DNA of 64,000 nt from Candidatus Brocadiia bacterium. Its GTDB lineage: Bacteria > Planctomycetota > Brocadiia > CAIUPP01. Shown here piece by piece: positions 9,089-17,352 of the stretch. How positions within the stretch are numbered: position 1 is the first letter of the stretch; every line of letters starts with the position of its first letter. The translations under genes were made by a program, and so were the position numbers. The notes under the pieces were generated by a model that ran no database searches, had not been told where the DNA came from, and saw nothing but the letters and a program-made list of their open reading frames with translations. The stretch is from the NCBI GenBank assembly GCA_050015075.1, contig JBEKCB010000025.1, positions 1-64,000 of the forward strand. Reading direction: 5' to 3'.

Positions 9089-9403
9089 TCACCCCGCCAC
9101 AACGGTTGGAGCAGGACTCTGACCATTGCAGCCAATGAACGTCCACGATCCCACGATGTTGCTCAGAGCGGTTCCGGTCGTAGAGGCCTCATAGAGCGGC
9201 TTCTGATCCGTCAATGTGTTGTCAATCACCCACCTTCCTGACGTGGAATTGTAGTGAAGGTAGATGCCGTTGCTGTTCATCCAGTAGTTCTGGCCATCGT
9301 GAGTCCCGGACTGCCGAGCATAGTTGCCATCTACGTTGGCATTAGCTGATCCGGCGCCTGAAGCGGTGTAGGCGAAGAAGGTTCTGTTGTATCCCACGAT
9401 CAT
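9089..9403 (-). CDS. Small beta-rich tail-associated protein
   Basis: ATGA-coupled to the fibre gene; visibly lower GC than neighbours. Confidence 0.6.
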   Translation of the reverse strand: MIVGYNRTFFAYTASGAGSANANVDGNYARQSGTHDGQNYWMNSNGIYLHYNSTSGRWVIDNTLTDQKPLYEASTTGTALSNIVGSWTFIGCNGQSPAPTVVAG

Positions 9404-11481
9404 GCTCTGACCACCTCCAGGGAAACCGTAACCCTCGTCACCGTGGTCGCGCTGTTCACCTTGAAGGCGATGATGTTGCCGGCGGTGAGGCTCGTGCTCC
9501 AACCGGTCAGCGTCGAGTCCTGGCTCTTCTGCGCGCTCGAGAGCGTCGGCAGGTCGGAGGCCGCGATGGAGGACGTGGTCGGGAATCCCGAATACGTGGA
9601 CGTCTGGACGTCCACGACGATGCTCCCCGACTGGTCCGCCAGCAGCGTCACGCGCTGAATCGTGCAATTGAACGGGATTTCCAGGAATCCCTTCACGCCC
9701 GTCGTGATCGCCGAGCCGCCGCCGTCAATCACGAACTCGATCGCATCCGGAAGGGCCAGCACGTCGTCGCCGCCGGTCAGGTGCGTGCTCTCGTGCGCGG
9801 TCGGCGTCCTCGCGTTGGTCAGCCTCGAATCGGACGATGCCACGATTCCGCCGTGTGCCGTCGTCGTCAAGCCGGCATGCGTGTTCAGGTTGCCCTGCAC
9901 CGTCGCCGCCGCGCCGGCCGCATCGCTCGCGGCTTCAGCCGCGCTTTCCGCAGTCGAGATCGCCGAGCCAAGCGCCGTCCGGACCGCCTTCTCGCTCGGC
10001 ACGTTGCTGTCGCTTCCCGGCGAGCCGACAGTAATGACGAGCGCGCTCGCCGCAATGCTCGCCGCCTCGGCCGCAGACTGCGCCGATGCCGCCGCGCCCG
10101 CCGCGTCGAAGGCGCTGCTGGCCTGGAACGCCGCGGTCCCGAGCGCGCCGCCGTCCTCGAGGGCCTTGCCGGTCGCGTCGGCGAACAGTACGACGTGCCC
10201 GGCCATTGACGAGTCCGGTCCGGTGACATCGCCCGATCCCAAGCCGGAAACGGAGTCCGCGATCGCCGTCCGCACCGCCTTCTCGCTCGGCACGTTGCTG
10301 TCGCTTCCCGGCGAGCCGACAGTAGTAACCAAGTCGGCAATCGGAATGCTCGCCGCCTCGGCCGCAGACTGCGCCGCAGCCGCCGCACCGGAGGCGTCCG
10401 CCCCGACATCGCTCGGACCCAGCGTCACCGCGCCGACTTTGCCGCAGACGCTCGAGACGACCTGCTGGTTGTCTATCCGGTTCCAGGACGCGCCGTTATA
10501 AGTCAACCAGTCGCCCGCGCCGTACGTCGTGCCGCTGATCGTGCCCGCGGCCGAGCAGACCCAATACTGGCCTTTCGCCGGCGATGCCGGATACGAGCCG
10601 CCGGAGCAGTCGAAAGTTCCCTGATAATCCAGCGCGCCGACAATGGCCGCCGGGAGCTGGCTCGTCGGCACCTTGCCGCTCGCATCCAGCGTGGCAACGC
10701 CGCTGTCCGCGCCGGCAGATGTCAGCGGGATGCTCGCCGCCTCCGCCGCGGCCTGGGCCGCAGCCGCCGCGCCGGCGACATCCGCGCCGATGCTCGCCGG
10801 ACTGATCGGATCGGAACCGGTGGATGCGTGCGTCGAGGCGTGCGCGGTCGGCGTCCGGGCGTTGGTGAGCCTCGAATCCGTCGCAGCCACGATCCCGCCG
10901 TGCGCCGTCGTCGTCAGGTCCGCGTGCGCGAGCAGATCGTCTTCAAGCGCGTACTCCGGCGGCGAGGTCGGCGGCGAGGTCGGGCCTGAAGTGCCCGCCT
11001 CGGTCGGCGAACTCGTCGCCCTGCCCGTCGCCGACGAAGTGGAGGCCGATCCGCTGGAAAGGTGCAGCTTGATCGTCAGTTCGTAGAATCCGCCGGAGCG
11101 CACGGTGGTCGCCACCGTGTCGCCGCCGGTGACGAAGCTGCCGGTGGAAGCCGCCTCGTCGGCGACGGTGACCGGAGCGAGCGTCGCGCTGAGGAAATAC
11201 GCCGCCCATGCGACGTTTCGCTCGTCGGTGAACGTGAACTCGTTCAGCGTGCCCTGCGCCTGGTTCTTGAAGAAACTCTGAACGTCGTTCAATTCGCTCA
11301 GGCGCAGGTTCGACCACTTCAACTCGCGCCGCGTGTCCGTCGCGTCCGCCAGCGCGAAGCGGTAGAACCCGCCGCTCGCCTTCGGCTGCACGACCTGGTG
11401 CGGATCGAGATCGAGCTGGTCGTTCAGGTCCGGGTTCTGGACCGTCGCCGTCACGCCGCCGAGAGAAAAGGAAACGCTCAT
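9400..11481 (-). CDS. Distal tail (Dit)-like domain fused to a tail-fibre-like protein
   Basis: N-terminal ...VQSFFKNQAQGTLNEFTFTD; internal duplications (TTTAHGGIVA..DSRLTNARTPTAH x2, GSPGSDSNVPSEKAVRTA x2); GVATLDASGKVP fibre motif. Confidence 0.65.
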   Translation of the reverse strand: MSVSFSLGGVTATVQNPDLNDQLDLDPHQVVQPKASGGFYRFALADATDTRRELKWSNLRLSELNDVQSFFKNQAQGTLNEFTFTDERNVAWAAYFLSATLAPVTVADEAASTGSFVTGGDTVATTVRSGGFYELTIKLHLSSGSASTSSATGRATSSPTEAGTSGPTSPPTSPPEYALEDDLLAHADLTTTAHGGIVAATDSRLTNARTPTAHASTHASTGSDPISPASIGADVAGAAAAAQAAAEAASIPLTSAGADSGVATLDASGKVPTSQLPAAIVGALDYQGTFDCSGGSYPASPAKGQYWVCSAAGTISGTTYGAGDWLTYNGASWNRIDNQQVVSSVCGKVGAVTLGPSDVGADASGAAAAAQSAAEAASIPIADLVTTVGSPGSDSNVPSEKAVRTAIADSVSGLGSGDVTGPDSSMAGHVVLFADATGKALEDGGALGTAAFQASSAFDAAGAAASAQSAAEAASIAASALVITVGSPGSDSNVPSEKAVRTALGSAISTAESAAEAASDAAGAAATVQGNLNTHAGLTTTAHGGIVASSDSRLTNARTPTAHESTHLTGGDDVLALPDAIEFVIDGGGSAITTGVKGFLEIPFNCTIQRVTLLADQSGSIVVDVQTSTYSGFPTTSSIAASDLPTLSSAQKSQDSTLTGWSTSLTAGNIIAFKVNSATTVTRVTVSLEVVRA

Positions 11482-11614
11482 TTAATTATTCCTGTAACCT
11501 CCGATGGACGCCGATGAATGCAGATAAGGCAAACGACCGAGTAATAATCCGTATCTGCGTTCATCACGCGCGCAGTACACTGCGCGCTCTGGGTCCCTCG
11601 GCGGTTAAAAAATA

Positions 11615-12166
11615 TTAAGCTGCCGTGGTCTGTTCCGAACTCGGCTCGTTCGTCGGGTTCGCCGAAGTCCGCTTGGCGACGGTCGGGCGCTCCTCGAAGT
11701 CCTTGAAGGCGACCGCCAGGATGTCGGCGTCGGCTTTTTCGGAGAACGTTTCGTTCAGTTCGTAGCACTTCTCGAAGACGATATCCTCGGCCTGCTCGCC
11801 GGTGATCGGCGAGACGCACGTGAACCGGATGCGGACGGTCCGCACGCCGCCGTCGTTGCTGGTCGAAAGCCAGGAACTCGCCGCGCCGACGCCGAACAGC
11901 GCCTCGTGCGGCGTGACCGGATAGCCCGTCGCGCTGAGGAATTCCTTGAACTTCACCTGGAACTTGCCGCTGCACGGCCTGGCCTTGCCGGCCCGGAGCG
12001 AGCTGAGATCCGTCCGGTCCATGATGGCGACGGACTCGCGCTGGGCCACGTCGAAGCACATGTCGCCTTCGTCCACGACGAGCTGGACGGCGTTGGCCGG
12101 GCTCGACCCGTCCTCGATGGTGATGATCCCATCGGCCATGTTCTTTACCACCGTCTGCTTCGCCAC
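11615..12166 (-). CDS. Putative tail tube protein
   Basis: Size (~183 aa), position, beta-rich sequence; GGAGGTGA RBS before GTG at 12166; ends ...SSEQTTAA. Confidence 0.55.
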   Translation of the reverse strand: MAKQTVVKNMADGIITIEDGSSPANAVQLVVDEGDMCFDVAQRESVAIMDRTDLSSLRAGKARPCSGKFQVKFKEFLSATGYPVTPHEALFGVGAASSWLSTSNDGGVRTVRIRFTCVSPITGEQAEDIVFEKCYELNETFSEKADADILAVAFKDFEERPTVAKRTSANPTNEPSSEQTTAA

Positions 12167-12233
12167 AACTCTCACCTCCAAAAAACGTTTTCACCACTAC
12201 GACCCGACGCGCGCGACGTACGGATTTACCAAC

Positions 12234-12545
12234 CTAGTCTTGCGTCGTGGGTTCGTCAGTCGTGGAGCCGTTCGTCGTGTCCGTAGTGGTGAGTTCCGGC
12301 GTCGTCGCGGCGGCCGGCGTGTTGGCCGAGACGGAGGCGACCAGCGCGGCCTTGTTCGTCGCCATCTGGTTCGCCAGCGACTGGATCTGGGCCTGCAGCG
12401 CCGCGACCGACTGGGCCGGCTGAGAGGCGACCGTCTGGAGCTGCGCGGTGAGCTGGTCGAGGAGCGCTTCGGCGCTCGCATCCACCGTCGTCTCGGCCGC
12501 CACAGCCTGAATGATCGGGGTAAGATCAATGCTGACCGTTGCCAT
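12234..12545 (-). CDS. Small coiled-coil phage protein with a Thr-rich tail
   Basis: AAGGAG RBS; Ala/Gln helix, then TTPELTTTDTTNGSTTDEPTTQD. Confidence 0.65.
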   Translation of the reverse strand: MATVSIDLTPIIQAVAAETTVDASAEALLDQLTAQLQTVASQPAQSVAALQAQIQSLANQMATNKAALVASVSANTPAAATTPELTTTDTTNGSTTDEPTTQD

Positions 12546-12717
12546 AGCACCAACTCCTTCCATCAAAAAGAGGATCCGTTCCACCTTCCTTCGGTCACTG
12601 CGCTTGAACACGGTACGCTCCGCGACGATGGACTATGGACGATAGACCACGCGCGGCAATCGTCCATCGTCTATCGTCCATCGTCTGCCTCCATCGTTTC
12701 TCGTCCATCGTCGCCGC

Positions 12718-12933
12718 TCACTTCGGCGCCGCCGGCGGCGAAGCGGGCGGCACAGCCGCCTTCGGCTTGAACAGCGCGATCAGCCCGACCAGCTTCGCCC
12801 AGATCCACGAGATGATGGCGCCGATCTTCGCCAGGACGTGGTCCGCGAGCACCTGGTGCAGCGCGGCGAGGATCCCGAGCACGACGCTGCTCAGCACGCA
12901 GCCGAGCAGGAACGCCACGATCAGTTGCAGCAT
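12718..12933 (-). CDS. Small membrane protein (holin-like)
   Basis: GGAGG RBS before ATG at 12933; two hydrophobic segments in 71 aa. Confidence 0.55.
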   Translation of the reverse strand: MLQLIVAFLLGCVLSSVVLGILAALHQVLADHVLAKIGAIISWIWAKLVGLIALFKPKAAVPPASPPAAPK

Positions 12934-12989
12934 CGTCGGCCTCCATTTCACAGGACGATTGACCATGGACGATGGACGATCGTCAGTGG

Positions 12990-13500
12990 CTAAAACTGCG
13001 CCTTTTGCGTCAGCACCAGCAGCGGCGCTCCGAGCATCAGGCCCAGAAGAATCACGCACACGATCAGGTCCGACCACCAGTTCAGGTCCAGCTTCCCCAG
13101 CAGGACGATAAGGAGCACACCCAAGCATTCGCAGCCGCCAACTGTCAGAAACTTCAGCCAGCCAGGACTCAAACCGAAACTGCACCTGCGTCAGAGACGC
13201 AATGCTTCCTTTCACCTGGTCGCGGAACTGGTCGGTGTCCTGCGAGGACTTCTGGATCGCATTGATGATCGCCGTGTTCTGCTGCGCGAGCGAGAGGACC
13301 TGCGCCTGGACGTCCTTGAGCGTCGAGGCGGTGGTCGAGTCCGGAGCGACCGTCTGCGCCGCCTTCTGCGCCGGCGCGGACGAACAGCCGACGGCCAAGA
13401 TCACCGCAGAGGCGCAGAGGACGCCGAGAGCGGCGAAACGCCTCAAGGCCTGATTGCCAGAACTTTCCGTCTCCGCGTTCTCCGCGTCTCTGCGGTGCAT
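12990..13500 (-). pseudogene. Lipoprotein/coiled-coil/transmembrane protein with an apparent frameshift near 13177
   Basis: Lipobox ILAVGC and coiled coil; removing one T from CAGTTTCGGTTTG joins it to the 2-TM ORF 12990-13172. Confidence 0.5.
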
Positions 13501-13512
13501 CGCCGCCTCCTT

Positions 13513-13989
13513 TCAAGAAATCCTGAACTTGCAGACCATCGTCGTCGTGAACTGCCAGAGTTCGATGTGCTTCTGCAGGGCGATCTTCGGCGCGTAGGAC
13601 GGGTTCGCGTACTCCGCCTCGGCGAACGTCGCCCCGAGGCCGAAATTGTCCGCCTGGAACTGCCGGCTCATGAAGTCCTCGAAGCCTTCGGCGAGGTCCA
13701 CGATACGGCGCGAGTCCTCGCCGGCGGTCGCCATCTCGATCAGGAACGCGGTCCGGCGCTCGAGTACGGCCGCCGGGCCGCGCTTGCACTTCGCCGGCGG
13801 CCAGTGATGCAAGTCCTCCGCCGGCCCCATCGCGAAGACCGGGCAGACCGCTGGCATGATCTCCATGCGCGTCAACACGCCCTGGCCGTTGAACCGGAAC
13901 ATCGTTCCGCCCTTCAGCAGCGCGGACATCGCGGAGTCGGCCTGCAGGCGGCTCCAGACGGCGTTCAAGACATCGGTCGAAAGGCCCAT
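13513..13989 (-). CDS. Tail completion/terminator-like protein
   Basis: AVWSRLQADSAMSALL N-terminus; lies between the gp36-like gene and the tail genes. Confidence 0.55.
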   Translation of the reverse strand: MGLSTDVLNAVWSRLQADSAMSALLKGGTMFRFNGQGVLTRMEIMPAVCPVFAMGPAEDLHHWPPAKCKRGPAAVLERRTAFLIEMATAGEDSRRIVDLAEGFEDFMSRQFQADNFGLGATFAEAEYANPSYAPKIALQKHIELWQFTTTMVCKFRIS

Positions 13990-14030
13990 CAGAATCTCTC
14001 CCAAAGCCGAGTGCGAATCCGGTGCGGCAT

Positions 14031-14456
14031 TCAAAAACCACGAGTCTGGCGGCGCGTGAACTGCCGCCGGCGGCCGGAGGCCTTTGCGCCGTGGAAGCGG
14101 TCGCCGCGGTCGTCGGCCTTCGGCTCGCCGAGCGACGCCTGGCCCTGGCCGACTTGCTCCAGGAACGCCACGTCGCGGTCATAACCGTTCTTCACCTCGT
14201 CGGGCAGCGACTGCCGGCCGAGGTACAGGTAGTACAGCGCCAGGCGGACGGCGATGCTCAGCAGCATCGGCGGCACGGTCGCCAGCGGCAGCGGATACTG
14301 CGGCGAGATCAAGCCGTCAATCAGCGACGACGCCTGGTCGCACGCGGCCTGCAGGACCGTGTTGTTCGGCGAGCCGGTCCCGCCCAGGTCGCTGAGTTGC
14401 GTCAGTTCGGCGGTGGTCTTGACGTTCGCCAAGTCAGTCGGAGCGCAATAGCTCAT
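14031..14456 (-). CDS. Mu gp36-like head-tail connector (DUF1320)
   Basis: MSYC..DL...EL.QL, ASSLIDG...YPLPL..VP..L...A..LALYYLY, Y...FLEQV..G..SLG pattern. Confidence 0.85.
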   Translation of the reverse strand: MSYCAPTDLANVKTTAELTQLSDLGGTGSPNNTVLQAACDQASSLIDGLISPQYPLPLATVPPMLLSIAVRLALYYLYLGRQSLPDEVKNGYDRDVAFLEQVGQGQASLGEPKADDRGDRFHGAKASGRRRQFTRRQTRGF

Positions 14457-14539
14457 CGGTTACTCCATTGCGGATTTCGGAATGCGGACTGCGGAATTCA
14501 ATCCGCAATCCGCACTCCGCACTCTGCACTCTGCACTCG

Positions 14540-15481
14540 TTACGCCGCGGTCGTCGGGGCGCCGGAAGTGCCCTGCGAGCCGTAGGCGAGCCACCACGCG
14601 ATGGCCTTCACTGCGCCGCGGTAATCCATGCCGAAGTCGAAGCGCTTCTGGTAGAAAACGTTCGGGTCGTCGAGCTTCACCATCGGCGTCAGCGCCAGCG
14701 GCCGGCGCACCTGGTTGACCACCGGCTTGATCGGCTTCGAGCAGTCCAGCATCATCCACTGGTTGCCGGTCCACATCGGCATCTTGATCTGGTTCTCTTT
14801 CGGGAACTTCCCGTAGAGCGTCTGGCTGATCTGGCTGGAGTTGGCCAGCGGCACGTTGAAGAGCTGGTCCACGGCCTGCTCCAGCGCCGGCGAGAACAGG
14901 AAGTGCGTCGGCTGGACCAGGAGCACGATGCCGTCCGGTCCGACGAAGGTGCTCATCTGCTTGATGCCCGCGTAGACCGCCGCGGCCGAGAGGTATGCCG
15001 TCGTCAGGTTCGACTGCGGAGCGCCGGCGGCGCCTTTCATCCCCTGCCAGACGTGCGAGCTGGAGAAGAACGGCACGCCGTCGAAACCGACCGACTCGGC
15101 GAAGGCGCCGACGCCGAGTTCGTCCTGCACCTGCAGCCACGGCTCGAGCACGCCGAGCGCGGCCTGCTGCTGGATCGCCAGCGCGTATGCCCCCGTCACG
15201 TCGTCCTCGATGTCCTCGCGCGGCACGCCGATCGTGTGCTCGAAGGTCAGGTTGCGGACGCTCGCCTCGAACGCGGCCAGGTCCTGGATCACGCGGTCCT
15301 TCACCCACTCGCGCATGCGTCCGGTCAGCGCGGCGACCGGGTAGTGCTCGATGCGCGTGGACGACGGCACCGCCGAGGCGATGTCGTCAATCCGGGTCTT
15401 CGTGCGCTCGAGCGTCTGCTGAAAAATGGTGTTGAACGACACCCACAACGCCTCCAGCGTTGCGGCATTGACTACTGCCAT
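14540..15481 (-). CDS. Mu-like major capsid protein (gpT family)
   Basis: VPSST..EHY...MREWV.DR, FEHTIGVPREDIEDD..G.Y, FDGVPFFS..H, W.MLD.SKPIKP, W.LAYGS; AGGAG RBS. Confidence 0.92.
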   Translation of the reverse strand: MAVVNAATLEALWVSFNTIFQQTLERTKTRIDDIASAVPSSTRIEHYPVAALTGRMREWVKDRVIQDLAAFEASVRNLTFEHTIGVPREDIEDDVTGAYALAIQQQAALGVLEPWLQVQDELGVGAFAESVGFDGVPFFSSSHVWQGMKGAAGAPQSNLTTAYLSAAAVYAGIKQMSTFVGPDGIVLLVQPTHFLFSPALEQAVDQLFNVPLANSSQISQTLYGKFPKENQIKMPMWTGNQWMMLDCSKPIKPVVNQVRRPLALTPMVKLDDPNVFYQKRFDFGMDYRGAVKAIAWWLAYGSQGTSGAPTTAA

Positions 15482-15571
15482 TGCGTCATCTCCTAAAAAA
15501 ATTCCTGTGCTACACAATCGGCAATCGGCATTCCTGTCGCGCAAGCGCGACACGGGCAATCTGCAATTCCG

Positions 15572-16024
15572 TTAGGCCGCCGTCGTCGGCGCACTGGTCA
15601 CCGGCAGCGCCGGCTCGACGTACGCGCCGCGCATGTCCACCAGCACTCCGTATCGGTCCACCGACTTGATGCGGCCCGCATACGTGTTCGTGCCGGCGGT
15701 CAGCGTCACGGTGTGATCGTCGGCGAAGTACGCCGGCTGGCCGACGCTCGCCTGCGTCAGCGTCGCGGCCGAATCCCAGTACGCGGCCTCCGGCGTGATG
15801 ATCTCCACGGTCTCAGCGCCGGCCGCGCCGGCGGAATTGTCCACCGTCTCGTCGGCGATGCCGCGGAAATGCCTCACGCCCGGGCCGGCCGGAACCGCAA
15901 AGCCGCCCGAGTTCAGCCCCACCGCGGCGCCGTTGAAGATCTGCGTCGCGGCGGCCACGGGCGCCTCGTCGCGGTGCAGCTCGTCCACGAACTCCGTGTC
16001 CCGATCCGACGTCAAGTTGCTCAT
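15572..16024 (-). CDS. Capsid cement/decoration protein
   Basis: PVAAAT.IF.GA.V...G.AVP, GIADETVDN..GAAG, VGQPAYFADDHTV; lies between protease and capsid. Confidence 0.8.
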   Translation of the reverse strand: MSNLTSDRDTEFVDELHRDEAPVAAATQIFNGAAVGLNSGGFAVPAGPGVRHFRGIADETVDNSAGAAGAETVEIITPEAAYWDSAATLTQASVGQPAYFADDHTVTLTAGTNTYAGRIKSVDRYGVLVDMRGAYVEPALPVTSAPTTAA

Positions 16025-16075
16025 GCGACTGCTCCTAAAAAAGAGACCATTGACCATAGACGACAGACGATGTCC

Positions 16076-17350
16076 TTACCCAACCATCCGCCGCTTCGTC
16101 GCCAGGAACTCCGCCTCCTTCAGCCCCGCCTGCTCGCAGGCCCAGCGGTCGGCGTCGGAGAGGACCGGCGTCTCGGCGGCGGCCTGGGCGCCGGCGGCGC
16201 TCGTCGCGCCTCCGAGCACCGGCGGCATGCTGTTGAGGATTTCCCGTGCGCCCTCGAAGTCCTGCATCGCCAGCCGGATGAACGCCTCCCGGTTCGCCGG
16301 GGTGATCTTCCGCTCGACGGAGATCGCGTTCTCGATGAGCTTCTCGGCCGCCGACTGCGCCGGCATCGCCCGGCTCGCGCCGATCAGCGCCAGCAGCTCG
16401 GCCAGCGGCCTGTCCGGCGTCGCGCCGAGCGCGTTGCAGATCGAGAGCAGCTTCACATCCGCATCGCTCGTAGAGGCGCCGTCAGGCGCTACTTTGAGCT
16501 TGTCGAGTGCCGCCTTGATCGCGGCCTCGTCGGCCGTCTCCGCCACGCCGAGCGAGCTGGCGAAGACCTTCACCTGGATGGACGCGCGCGTGCCGGCGTC
16601 CATCAGGGTCATGAGCGCTCTGCCGATTACGTCCGCCTTGGCGTCTTCCGCGACGCCCAGGCTGTTGGCGACGGTCTTCGCGTCAAGCGCGGGAGCGCCT
16701 GCGCGCCCCTCGTTCATGGCCGCCGCCAGCAAGGCGAGCAAATTCTGCATGGCTCCGCCCTCCTCTTCTGCGACGGCTGAATCGGGAGCGCCGGTGCGCT
16801 CCTCTGCCAATCCGGCGGCGGCGGCGTCGCTGTTCGCCACGGCCGGAAGCGCCTTCTTGAACGGACGGTTCGTCAGCGCCACGGAATCGAGCACCCACCG
16901 GATGATCCGGCCGGTGACCGGGTCCTTGTAATCCTTCAGCAGGTGCGAGCTGAGGTAGCGGAATTTCCTCTCGCGGATCAGCGCGCGCGCGTCGGCCACC
17001 CACTTGATGTGCGCCCACAGTTCGGTATCGTTGTTCCGCCCTTCGAGGGAATTGATCCAGCCGCCGGACTCGGCGCTCTTGCCGAGCAGCTTGGCGACCA
17101 CGCCCTGATGCTCGTAGTCCACCGGCAGGTCCACGCCGTTCGCGCGGCAGGCCTGGTTGAAGTACTCGACGATGCAGCGGATGTCCGCCGGCGTCAACCG
17201 GTACGCGCCGGCCGGGTGGCCTTCCCACTCGCCTTGCAAATCCACCTGGTACCAGCCTTCGGCCGGGACGCCGTTCGGCCCTGAGCTCACGTCCGAAGGG
17301 TCGGCGGGAAGCGCACCGGCGGAGTTGCTGAGCTGTTCCCGGTTTTCCAT
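16076..17350 (-). CDS. Mu-like prohead protease/scaffold (gpI)
   Basis: LPVDYEH, GWI..LE, LWAHIKW, RYLS, SVALTNRP motifs; helical scaffold C-terminus. Confidence 0.9.
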   Translation of the reverse strand: MENREQLSNSAGALPADPSDVSSGPNGVPAEGWYQVDLQGEWEGHPAGAYRLTPADIRCIVEYFNQACRANGVDLPVDYEHQGVVAKLLGKSAESGGWINSLEGRNNDTELWAHIKWVADARALIRERKFRYLSSHLLKDYKDPVTGRIIRWVLDSVALTNRPFKKALPAVANSDAAAAGLAEERTGAPDSAVAEEEGGAMQNLLALLAAAMNEGRAGAPALDAKTVANSLGVAEDAKADVIGRALMTLMDAGTRASIQVKVFASSLGVAETADEAAIKAALDKLKVAPDGASTSDADVKLLSICNALGATPDRPLAELLALIGASRAMPAQSAAEKLIENAISVERKITPANREAFIRLAMQDFEGAREILNSMPPVLGGATSAAGAQAAAETPVLSDADRWACEQAGLKEAEFLATKRRMVG

Positions 17351-17352
17351 GG

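Noticed and set aside
6104-11481. Diversity-generating retroelement acting on tail genes
   Set aside because: No reverse transcriptase and no adenine-specific TR/VR pair seen; the duplications are ordinary in-frame repeats.
12718-13500. A single 260-aa protein as given in the ORF track
   Set aside because: The middle section reads through repeat DNA, and the last 71 aa have their own RBS and ATG; two genes with a frameshift fit better.
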